This document shows positions 52,066 to 64,000 of a stretch of DNA of 64,000 nucleotides, in pieces. Position 1 is the stretch's first letter. Each line of letters begins with the position of its first letter. A model generated the notes under the pieces. It ran no database searches. It worked only from the letters and a program-made list of their open reading frames with translations, and was not told where the DNA came from. The position numbers and the translations under genes are program-made. The stretch comes from the human T2T-CHM13v2.0 reference genome, Homo sapiens: NCBI RefSeq assembly GCF_009914755.1, contig NC_060929.1; one strand, 5' to 3'.

Positions 52066-54829
52066 AAGAAATTGATCGCCCAAGAATAGCATTACAGGTT
52101 TTAGAGAAAAAGCTCGAGGACAGAGATACTGTGTCTGTCATGGAATGTACATTGATACATTGGAATGGGATCTATATTAATACATTCTAATGCAAAAAAT
52201 TACACTCAATCTTTTCATAAATATAACCCAACTTACCTTTATGCTTATGACATACAAACATTTTCTTTAAGTGTTCACTTATACTGGAATATTCCACTTC
52301 AAATAATCTTTGCAACTTTAATAATAAAGGAAAATTTGATTACTATAACTTCATTTTAGAAGACATTGTATATATTACACCTGGAATATGCAGTTATTTC
52401 AATTGTGTACGAATTGCTAAGCTTTTAAGAGGAATAAATACCTTTTGCTTTAATGTCAAGATCCCCTCTAGACCATAACACCAGTAGTTCTTGCTTAAAA
52501 ATAAGCAAATCTCCTAGGAGCAGGTTTTTCAGCTAAAAAGTTTCCCTCCCATAAACTAAGTAGTTATGCATATACTATCATTTTAACCCTTAGCCAAAAC
52601 TTCACCATGTAGATATTGTGTCCATAATATAGATTAAGAAACTGAGACATAGAGAGATTAAGGTTGACAGGTAATAGATGATAATAGATGACAGTTGTTT
52701 TACACAGATTCTGTCGAATTCCAAAGCCAATGACCTAAGTATTATACAATACTACTTACATATCAAAAACCCCCATGCCATATTTTTTCAGTCGGTAAGA
52801 GGTAAGAATCTAATAATCAGAGTATTTTTTATCCAATGTAAACTATTCACAAATATAGTTTCATTTTAATCTTACAAAACAGAGTCTTCTTTTCTTGAGA
52901 AAAATATTTCCATGTTCCATTGACTATTATGCATTTAACCAGCATTTATTATGTTATTACGCATAGTGACCAAGGCTCTGTGGTAGGGTCTGGCATTGAC
53001 TTCTGTGTGGGTAATTACACGACTCTGGATTATGTTAACATCTGTAATATGTCATATATGTCTAAAGTGACACATGCTCTTGAATTATTAATAAGGAAAG
53101 GGAAAATATTAAGTTTACAAAAGACAGTTCACCCTTCCATTTTAGCATTTCCAATTATGCATACGGAAACAATCTGACTGCTCCCTACCACTGAGACTTT
53201 GCTTTCATTATTTAACCATTTAAAGGCAGCTGTAGCAGTTTTTAAATCTCTCACATGTGAGTGATATCTAATTTTAAATTTAATTGAAGACATGTAAGAC
53301 AACTGGCTTCTGCTAAGTTTCAATTGGGTTTCATGTAAAAATAACAATCGCCATCAATAAACTGACTAGATGGCAACTTGGCTACGGAAAAGAGATAAAT
53401 GGGATTCTAAAATGAGGGAGGCCCCACATAATGAGGGTCACTTAAGAGGTACATGTGTGATTTGTATTGATGAATAATAAATTCATGTAAGTTACGCAAT
53501 AAATCATGATGCATGAGTTTTCACTATAAATTCCAAGAGCATCAGTCTTACATGATGGAACACAGCTGCCCTTCCCGAGCAGATACTTCAATCTATCATA
53601 TTGAAGAACAGAGCATCTTAAAGGAATGAGCAAGGCCTAGGGTGGGGAGAGCTTACATTTTTTTCTTACAATGTACTTTCTAAACACAGACTAGAAATAC
53701 TACAATAGAGAACAAACCTCCCCCTCCTCCCACCTAGGATTTTATAACAGCCACTTCTGCACGGTTAAGACTTCTATTTGCCAGGGAGGCAGAGAGAAAA
53801 AAAACAACTTTCATTTCTATCCTTGATGACCAACAATACCAAGGACTTTAAACCCCTGTGGTGCTCTGTTGATGAATATAAACATGAACATAGACTAGAC
53901 AAATACATGCACTATAGGTTTGGCCTTATTTTAGAAATTTTTTAAAAATTATTTTCACTAATAATGTGACTTTTTATTAGCATTGAAAAATATAATCGAT
54001 ATTTTAAAAGAGCTTATTCTTTGAAATTATCTGAATCATGAAGCTATTTTGCAGCTATCTTCTTATGAAGAAAAGATATCTTCAAATGGATGAAATTAGA
54101 GTTGAAACAAATAATGAACTGAAAGAAGGAATTAGTGACTAAGTAAAGTCATTGCTTGTCCTACAGAAAATTCAAGAATGTGTTCACCCTTAAGATAATT
54201 AAAAATGTAAACATGGATATTACCCATTTTGGCCATTAAATGCATTTCTTCTTTTACTAGAAAGTAGAAGCCAAAAATAATATAAAATAGAAAAATAATC
54301 TCAACTCTGAGAATTAACTTGGTAGGTCAGCCCTACGTTACAGAAAATGTAATGAACAATTGGCAGTCATCCAAGGGATTTAGGTGGTACTCAACCAAAT
54401 AATCTAATACAAAGATAATGCACTAATCTTGAGGATTCAGAAATGACCTGCTATCATCAAGACAGCATCTCATAAACCTTTTAAGCTGACATTCATGAAA
54501 TTTTTAGTTCTTCAGTCTTACTTCAGATCATTGTAATAACAGAAGCTTGTGGTTCATGCCAACTCCATTGAACAATAAGATAAATGGCAGTGTGGTAAAT
54601 AAATGCAAGAGGAAACAGTAATTTTCCAGTTTTGGTTCAAGTTCTAAAGAAAAGGAAAAAAGTTTACCCCTAGGTAGTATTTCCTTACTTGGACAATCAC
54701 TATGTTTAAGATATTTTCTTTTCAATTATAATATATTTCTTTGGACATAACCAGTAATTAAAAATTAATATAATAATCCATGTTATAAAACTGTAAGTTT
54801 CAGGTGTTAACTTATCTTTATTTGCATTT

Positions 54830-56950
54830 AATTTTTACAAAACAGAAACAGTTATAGAAATACTAATTTTTATGTTGCTTAATGAATTATCATAAAGCAA
54901 ATACCTAGGTCAAGAAATAGAACTTTGCCAGCCACCCCAGAAGCCCCTTATTTTGTCTGTTAACAAAAGCAAGTACTATTCTGACTTTTATGGTAATTAC
55001 TTCCTTGCATTTGATAATTTATTATCTAAGAATACATCTCTGGATGCTAATATTTAGTCTTGTTTAATTTTTAAAACTGGAATGTTTTTAATTACACAGT
55101 TTTCACCTCCATCCTCTTTTACTCCTTTTTATCTGTTGAAGAAAGCAACCATTTGATCTGCTTTATCTTACATTACTCATAATATATGCTTAGAATATTG
55201 ACACTACAATACAAATATTAACACCAATAAGATAATTGAAAATGATTTATATTTTTGTACACAATCTTTTCTCATGTCTACATCATTATAGCATATACCC
55301 ATTACATATCTTACTCACTCAATTTAAACTTTCCATTTAGTTTTTGCGCTACATATGATTCTATATTTAATGCTCACTACTAGTCTTTCTGCTGGTGTCT
55401 TTCCAGTCACCATTGTTGTCTGAAGCTCATTCTCTAGTAAATTCCTAAGGACACAGTGATGAAACCAGTTGCCTGCGTTCTTGCATGTTGTCAACAGTTA
55501 TCTGTGCCCTTTATGATCAAAAGCGAATTTTTCTGAATATAAAATATTTTTTCACATTTTCACCCCACAGTATTTTAAACATATTGCTCCATTTTCTTCT
55601 GTCATAAAATGTTCCTGTCAAAAGTCTTACGATAGTCTAATTTTCATTTGCTATTTTTGCCTAGAGCCACTAAAGTTTTCGCTTTGTATAATTTATCTTT
55701 ATTTTAAAGTTTACTGATTTTACCAGAATATATGGCAGGGTTGATTGTTATAAACAAAATGAAAAGGTATGTAATGTGCCCTTTTATATCTGCTTTTACT
55801 TATTTTTTAGCTTTCAATAATTTTTTTTTGAATTAGACTTTTTAGTATGCAGTCTGTTTGCTGGCTTCTGGCTTTGGTTTTATTCAAAGATTCTTTTACG
55901 TATGTGTTGAAAATTTTTAATCTATTTTTAACATTTGTCATTTTTCTCAAATAATTTTTATCTGTTTATTAATTACATTTTAATTTTTACACTTTTTCTC
56001 CTTTTCAATTTCTACTTCTTTGAAGATATTTTATGTCTTTTTTTTTTTTTCAGTTTGTTTCTGTCCTCTGGTTTTGTTTTATTTCTGAATTGAGCTTTTT
56101 CTTGTGTCTGGAATTCTCTCTGGAATCCTGCCATAACATATCTGAGGTTTCCTAGTTATTACTTATGTAGTTATTTAATACTTCATAACAGTTTTTCAAG
56201 GCTTTAGCTCATTGTGAAGTAGGTTTGAGTTGTAATCTATGTTATGGGCATTTTTTTCTGGTTATTACATGTCCTAGATGGATGCTTTTCTACTCAACAT
56301 TCTCTTTCTTCTTTGTAATTATTCCACATTGAGTGTGACCTCGATACTTTTCAGAAGCTCATTTTTAATTAAAATTAGTCTTCTTGAGGTTTTAGAGGGT
56401 ATAAATTAGTTTAGCCTTCTTACTTCACAGCGTTCCCTCTTCTGTTTTTGTGAGAGGTTCAAAAATTTGGTAACTTGCTTTTGGAGATTTTTCTGGCTCT
56501 TTGCCGGTCCCCACTTCTATCTACCTTCTCTTTCCAGCCTATTTATTGTCCCTATCCTATTGAATTTTGATAGTTCTACCAGATGTTTGCCCTCACTCTC
56601 CTGGAAAGAAGCCCTGGCTCATGAATTGCAGAATTTACCAAAGACTTTTTACACCCTGAGTTTTCAAATTAGCTCACGGCGAGTACCAGTGAAAAATACT
56701 GCCTATTTCTGGTTTCTCCCCTTCTCAAGTCCCTCTGACACCACGTTGTTTTCCTCTGCTTTCTTTAGCACTGTTTGATGTTATGCAGATTGTCTTGCGG
56801 TTTTTCTATCACTTGTAGTTCACGGCTTAGTATATTTGTAAATGTTGTCTGTGTGTTTTGGATTTTCCATTAGTAGCTTTGTCTTCTTTTAAATAGAGAT
56901 TCAGGAGATCCAGATTCCACTATTGTCCCAGAATCCTCCCAGTAATATTA
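54830..56950 (-). mobile_element. Ancient HAL1/L1ME-like remnant
   Basis: ggtcaagaaatagaactttgccagccaccccagaagcccc 3'-end motif and a long T-rich degenerate body. Boundaries approximate. Confidence 0.55.
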
Positions 56951-58586
56951 ATATGAACAGTAAAAATAAATCCTATTTGAGTTTTTTAAAAATATATTTG
57001 CTAGGCATTGTTATTAGTAGTTTATGTTAAATTACCTCACCTAATTCTCATAGTAACACTGTTGGGCACTATTATTAATCTTATTTTACAAATGATTTTA
57101 ACAAAAAAGTAAATAATTTACCCAATATCTTACATTTAGAGAGTGGTAGAGCCAAAAGTTAAAATGCCTGTTTAGTTAATCCCAAAGTTCTTTAGACTTC
57201 TGGTGTTAATAACATGTTAAGAATCCTATAATTTATAGTATGTGACAATATAAAGACAAACATTTTTTCTGTTTTTGTTTTAAACAAATAGTAATTTATT
57301 TTCTCATTAAAATGGGTAGTGTTAATAGTCATAGTATTATCTAGAGAGTCATTTCATTTTTCTCTGTGATACTACTTGCTGTATTTACGATTGTTAGAAT
57401 GAAATTCAAGAGTTTTTTTTAAAACTTCACAAAGCTCCCTCTTGTTGTTTGTCTTTTTTTAAGTATTCTGAAATATATCCTGGCTTATAAGGGCTTTGTT
57501 CATTTTCTTATACTTTTACAAGTGAGACAGAAAGATGGGAAGTAGCTTTTCATAAAATATAGCCAGCCAAACACTACCAATTTCATTTGCTCTAGCTCCA
57601 TAGGACTGAGAGACAGAGTCACAAAGAAGTTATTAACCAAAATGCCAAAATATCCTTCCCTGATAACTTTTGGTAATAACAACAGACCTTAATAAAAAGA
57701 ACAAGAAGAAACTCCTTGCTGTAGATTTTGTCTGGGATCCTTATCCACTGGCCTTTTGTAGGTTATGTCACCACTGTGCATGCTGTAGCCAGATATCTTC
57801 AGGTTCATCAAATATCCTTTTGCATACTGATTCTGTTTCATAGATAAGGGAAGCTTATTCTTTCCACCTTCTCTCACCTGTACCTTTGTTCAAAATGGCC
57901 ATAAATTGCTCACAGCCAAAAAATTACCTAGAACTCTGCAACAAAATGATTAGCTAGGAACAAAATAAATAACAGAAAAATCCTTATAAGTATGTAAAAA
58001 TACTTGGTTTGGAGACCAAGCATTATTTGTTGGTGAATAAATTCTAATAAGGTCACATTAAATAATCTCTATTTATTTGATTCTGATTCTATTTCAATAT
58101 TGTCTCTTCTTTAGAATTATATTTATATTATAGCAACACGCTTCTGACATGCGAACCCTAATATGTCTCCACAGAATGCCTAACATTCTGATATATCGAG
58201 TCAAATATTGTCATTCAAAGGCATACTAAAACCGAACTACCTTCTAATTAAGGGACAAATAGTCATTACTTTTGTTAAGTATCAAACTTATACAGATGTT
58301 TATTTTCAAAAGCTTTGTGTTTTACTTTCTTTCTTGAATGCAGTTTCATGTAAAATGACCATATTCTGTTAATGAAAAGTCAGGTCATGTGATATGATAA
58401 GTAGTAGAATATCTAAAAGTAGAATTAAACAAATTGTGGGATATGTGGTCAGTTCAGGAAAATATTTTGATGAGTCTTGCAAATATAATATTTATATTTC
58501 TTAATGGAAGAGTTAATGAGGACTGTAGAATCACTGAGCTATGAACTACCATTGCAATTACTTTCAGACTAAGAATGTTACATATT

Positions 58587-58955
58587 TGCTAAGTTCTGGA
58601 TGCTTTTGTCCAACCCCCACCCCAAATTAATATATTGAAATTCTAACTTCCAAGGTGATGTTATTAGATGAGGTTATTGGGGCTTGGTTAGGTTATCAGG
58701 GCAGAGCCCACATGAATGGCATAGTGTCCCTGTGAAAAAGAGACCCAAAGGAAATCCTTCACCTCTTCTGCCAGAAGAGGACACAGCAAGAAAGCACCAT
58801 TTATGAGCAAGCATGCCCTCACCAGACACAGAATATGCTAGTGCCTTGATCTTAGACTTCCCAGTTTCTAGAGCTGTAAGCAAAACATGTCTGGTGTTAA
58901 TAAGATACTCATTTTATAGTACATTTTGTTACAGCAGTCTCAATGGACTAAGACA
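58587..58955 (+). mobile_element. MLT1A0-like MaLR LTR
   Basis: tgcta...gccttgatcttagacttcccagtttctagagctgtaag...gactaagaca, about 370 bp. Confidence 0.85.
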
Positions 58956-59243
58956 GTGCTCAAGGGATTTGCCACAAACCTTAAATCCATTGGTAGTCCA
59001 TGCAGGAGGTATGCTGAGGACACATTATAAACCACTATGCCCAGAGCATCTAGTCTTTTTCTGAGGTAGAAACCCCAAAAGTGCATGTTTCTTGATTGAA
59101 TTACAGCATTCATAACTACTGGATTATTGCTGTTAGGCAGTTAAAACTATTATACATGTGCTTCCATGTTAATTTTCACCAGCCATGTTACCTTTTATAA
59201 TAAATAATGTCTTCATATTTGTATCACAAAAGTTTGATAACAA

Positions 59244-59535
59244 GGCTGGTGCAATGGCTCCTGCCTGTAATCCAGAACTTTGAGAGGCTGAGGCAGGAGG
59301 AATGCTTGAGCCTAGGAGCTCAAGACGAGCCTGGGCAACAGAATGAGACCCACCTCTCTACCAAAAAATAAAAGAATTAGTCAGGCGTAGTGGCACACAC
59401 TTGTAGTCTCAGCTAGTCCAGAGACTGAGGTGGGAGCATCACTTGAGTCAGAGAGGTTGAGGCTTCAGTAAGCTGTGAGGTGCCACTGCACGCCAGCTTG
59501 AGCAGCAGAGCGAGGCCCTGTCTCAAAACAAATAA
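59244..59535 (+). mobile_element. AluJ
   Basis: Divergent dimer with J diagnostics (gcttgagcctaggag, gaggctgaggcaggagg, ccctgtctc). Confidence 0.92.
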
Positions 59536-59819
59536 ACACATAATTTGAATACAAAATAATGTTATCAAATTTACTTTTCTCTGACAGCTTAGCCACTATT
59601 CAGGTGAAATTATTCATTTTCGAGTCATTCCATACTCCCAAGAAGTGGCTAATTTGATGTCTCCTTTAAATTTCCTAAGGAATTTGGCAATGTGATAAGC
59701 CAAAATGAAATTTTGTTTGGTAGAACACTCAATTTTCACTTTGCTCAAATCTTTCAGCTAAAGTGATATTCAAGTTAAGCTTTTTCTTTCTCTTTGGTGG
59801 ATCTTCAGCAGTAGCTCTG

Positions 59820-60540
59820 TCATTCCTTCATTCTCATTTAATTAACAGATATTTCAAACATCTACCTCTGGTCTGGCAGTATCCTGGATACCAGCAATGC
59901 AATCATGAGACTTTATAAACATGGTTTTAGTCCTCTTGGCATTGACACCCAAGTGATAGAGATCGTTGTTACATTTTTATTGTGCGATTATTTGATTTCA
60001 ATTAGAATTTTAATAAAGAATATAAAGAAAAGGTTCAGAGTCCAGGGAGAGTTTAAAATAATTTTCTCTTGTTAAGAAGATCAAGAAACCTATATGATTA
60101 AAGAATATTTAGGAATTAACTAGGGGAAGATGAGTGGAAAGAGAATTCCAGGAGAAAAGAAAAACAGTATTTATTAAAGATCTTTTGGAATCTATAGGCT
60201 CAGTCGGGTTCCACTTTAGAAACACTGGACTTGTGACACAATTATAACATTTAAACAAGGCTTCAAGTAGCTAGTAGGGTATATGAATCTAAAGCTCTAG
60301 GAAGATGTATATTGATGATAATGACATGAGTGCAGGTGAAATTCTTAGGAGACGAGTATAGAATGAAAAGAAGAAATGCATTGGGATAGAGCCTTGAGAA
60401 ATTATGACATTAGCGTCTTGGTAGAAGCAATTGAACTTGTGAAGAAAAGAGAGAAGAGGCAGAAATACAGTAGCATGAGGAGGTGAGTGCATTGAGAAGA
60501 AAAAAGGACTCCTTTCCTCCACAAAAACATGACATACCAA
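59820..60540 (-). mobile_element. L2 remnant(s)
   Basis: cattccttcattc start and purine-rich L2 antisense body. Boundaries approximate. Confidence 0.5.
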
Positions 60541-62320
60541 AGCCCTGCTTCATGTGTTATTCCAAACATTGTGCTATGCAATCAGATAATTTTGAAGTGT
60601 AATTAATGGCAAGATTGCTAGAAATATCCCCAGGCTTCAAAACCCACAGTTGCAAGGATAGAGCAGGTGTGCAAATGCAATTAGTAGAATTTGTACTGCA
60701 GATCTCAATACAGCGATTCCATTTGAAAACACTATATCCTAGGATTATAAATTAGTGTGGGTTTTCTGTTACCAGGAAGTATGGTCCTAAGATTCTTTTC
60801 CTTTTTATGCCTCTCATGAGGTTGGGCTTACTTACTGGTACTTATTATTGCATTTCATCTGATCTGGGTTGTCCAGACTCCACATACGATGACAGACAGC
60901 TGAATAATTGAAAGCCCATAAAACTTGTACACTGTCAGGCCTTCCTTTTAGCATCTATTCTGACAAGACGATTCAAAAATATAAGTTGATAAATCCTTAG
61001 GAAGGTAGGAGGAAAGTTCTCATGATTGAGGCTTTGAGATGGTCAGAATCTGGTACACAGGTCTGTAAATAATGGAAATCCTCACTAATGTGATGAGCCC
61101 CTTACCATGATGTGGTAACAAACGCAATTCAGCCTAGAAGCTCAGAATTGACAAAGTGTTAAAATGCTTTGAATATTAAAATATTTTTATTAATTCCTCG
61201 GAGATGATAACAATTTCCTGTATACCAAAAATTTATATGGTAAACAGGAGTAATTCATATTTTTCTTTTTAATGAACATCAGAGACTGAGGTCAAGTAAC
61301 ACTTTCTATTATTAAAAACTGTGTTATAATTTTGTTTTCTTGGTTCCAGTTTTAGCTAATTCTGGCTTGAGAAAGTTTGGTTTATGTTATTGATGCTAGC
61401 AAGTTTCACCTTTATCTAATTATTTTCTTGCAAGAGCTGACCTTTGCAGAAATATACGCAGAAAGTTAGGAAGGTTGGAATTAATCTAAATGACACTACT
61501 TTATTCTTTAAAATCTCCCTATTGATTCAAACTTGAACATGAAGGCTGTATCTTTAGGTTATAAACTTTTATATACAGTATCAAATTCTTCAAGTTTTCC
61601 AAGTCATATGACAGGCACAACATTTTTTTTCTGCAAGCAAAATAAGAACAGAAGGATGAAAATAATCCCACACTACACAGTTAAACATTTCAGTATTGTA
61701 AAACTTTCCAAAAGAAAATGATTGTTCATTAGACTTTGGACACCATTTTTATAACTGCAAATATTGCTTTTTGAACATTAATTTCAGTGAAATGAATAGT
61801 CTTCAAAAAACAGAAAAAAACTCAATTATGTTGAATTATAAATAATTTGTATCTGCATTAGTCCAATTAGCTATACATAATTTTCTCAACTGGCCTTCTC
61901 AGCAAATATGAAACATAGGTTACCAGGAAAGGAGGGAGCTCTTCAAAAACCATCTTCGCTGATGTTACACATCTTTTACAAACTCAGGAGGTATGGCCTA
62001 TATTCATTTAAGATACAAACGGCATCTTCTCATTATTACATGTTTTCATATTTCTGCACTAAGTTCCTTTACTGTGTTTATTAAGGCAAATAAATGTTTG
62101 GTGAATAAGAAAAAATAAAAGCACAGTGTATTGATCATTTGTAGTTAGAAACTATGCAAATTTTAGAAAATTGAGTTTTTAGGCTAAATCAAAGTGATCA
62201 CTTAGGTTAAAATGATTAGCCTAATGCAGAGAATCTGCAATCCCATTTCTTTTCTTTTATAAGAATGAGACTAGGACAGGAGCGAAAAAAGATTGGAAAT
62301 TAAGACGCTCTGGGGTTCCA

Positions 62321-62488
62321 ACCATGTTGTTGCACATGACAGATTTCATTCTTTTTTATGGCTGCATAATATTCCATTGTGTTTATGTACCACATTTTCC
62401 TTATCCATTCATCCATTGATAGACATTTAGATTACTCCAAATCTTGGATATTGCATATAGTGCTGCATTGAACATGGGAGTGCAGATG
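62321..62488 (-). mobile_element. L1M fragment
   Basis: atttcattcttttttatggctgcataatattccattgtg...gaacatgggagtgcagat. Confidence 0.85.
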
Positions 62489-62707
62489 GGGTCTTTTTAA
62501 AGATGGTTATTAGTGGAGAAGAGAGAGGTCAGGTGACAAGATGAAAGACACTCCTTTTCACAATCAGGATCAGAAAGAAAATTTTAAAAACTGCATGAAA
62601 AGAATATTACAAAATGTTAGGCTTAGTTAAATATAAGAGCATAAAAAATTTTGGATACAAAATAGCTCCTATCAAGGACCATGGAGAATGGAACTTGCTT
62701 CCAGAGA

Positions 62708-62709
<2 letters not shown>

Positions 62710-62757
<48 letters not shown>
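62710..62757. repeat. (AC)~24 microsatellite
   Basis: Perfect dinucleotide run. Confidence 0.99.
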
Positions 62758-62759
<2 letters not shown>

Positions 62760-63567
62760 CGTATAGATAGATACAAATACATTCCATACGTAAAAGTGGA
62801 CACATGCGCAAATACCCACTTATATTACCTTACGTGATTTAAAGTACAGTGATGGAAATGGTACCAGCCACTATCCTGGCATCTTCCTTCTCTCATAAAA
62901 TATGGACACAGCATCTTCATTCAACTACACAGAGGTCTCATGTTACTTTCTTGTACTGCTAGTCAGGTTACGGATAGAAATCAAAGTAAAAGGAAGCAAT
63001 ATGAGGGCTGCAAAACAAACGACAAGATCAATCTTGACTTTCTTTTTAAGTCTAAAAAGAAAAAGAAGCCTTGATCAATCAACACGTATTTATTGAGTGA
63101 AAAATCTCATTAAAATCTTAAATGTTAATTTTGACCCAAGAATATTTTTACATCCTTTTAATTAGACCTCTAAGAAAATGTATTCTATTTGTGTGCTCTT
63201 ATAGGCTAGTATAACATTAATCACAAGTGTCTTGGTAGATGATCTTATGCAATATGTTTTTTTCTTCTTGATAGAAAATACCACTTTCTTTTATGTCTGT
63301 TATGAGTAATTCAGTATTTGACTTTTCTAAAAAAAAACTTTTTAGTATCATAGGTAAGAATAATAAATGAGCTCTAAAAACCCCAGAACAAGTTGAGAAG
63401 GGAATTAAGCAAATTATTCTTGAGTCATTTTCTTTTTGTACTCCAGTTACATCTTAATCAGTTTAAGTTATTTTGGAGGTATAATTTTCTTTTGTAAGCA
63501 CTAGCACCCCAAATGAGAAAGGCATTTATAAATATATAGCCATTTATTTCTGTATGGTGACCACAGT

Positions 63568-63790
63568 TAATACTAATGTATTTGCATATTTCAAAATTGC
63601 TAAAAGAATTTTTCCCACCCTCACCAAAAAAAAGATAAGTTGGTGAGGTGATGAATATGTTATTTAGCTTAATTGAATCTTCCTACAATGTATAAATAGA
63701 TTGAAACATCACATTTTACCCCATAAATACACACAATTATTTTTCTCAATTAAAAATAAATTAATAAAAAATAAAAGTTAACAAATAATA
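63568..63790 (+). mobile_element. L1MA-like 3' end
   Basis: ttcaaaattgctaaaaga, ggtgaggtgatgaatatgtta...gctt and an A-rich tail. Confidence 0.8.
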
Positions 63791-64000
63791 AATAGACATT
63801 TTTGTGGCTTGAGGTTATTCAAGTTTTCCAAGATGTTTAGCCAGTAGGAAATTATTTAGCTATTGAAATAATTGGCTGTTATTTCAAAATAGAAATAGAG
63901 ATTATATAAAATTGACTTGCTTACTCTGTTTTGACTGTTTTATTCTCAAAACATGTAGGAGCTCCTCTGAGAACAGGTTAAGACAAACTATGAACATAGT

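Noticed and set aside
57689-57980. Minus-strand acceptor/donor pair (57953 to about 57878) and the adjacent ORF
   Set aside because: Stops in all frames, and the next acceptor is too close for a real intron. A noncoding exon cannot be excluded, but there is no support.

Overview
AT-rich primate genomic DNA, very likely human or another great ape (AluY, L1PA3-5 and an ERVK-class LTR are present). It reads as intronic or intergenic sequence. I can recognise no host protein-coding gene, and all long ORFs are decayed LINE-1 ORF2 fragments. Contents: about 17 Alu/FLAM elements, several L1s including a 4.4-kb twin-primed (5'-inverted) L1PA, a solo MER11D-like LTR with a 6-bp TSD, MaLR LTRs, DNA-transposon fossils (Tigger3b, MER1A, Kanga/MER104-like, MER94), L2/MIR/HAL1 remnants and a (CA)n microsatellite. 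The strongest unexplained signal is that two inverted L1 copies of different subfamilies, about 7.5 kb apart, share a patch of private variants, consistent with ectopic gene conversion. Other observations are a four-arm chimeric Alu inside one TSD pair, a candidate recursive-splice site with an RS-exon, and a few candidate small exons. Repeat subfamily names come from recalled consensus sequences and were not verified by a search. I found no convincing novel biological system.
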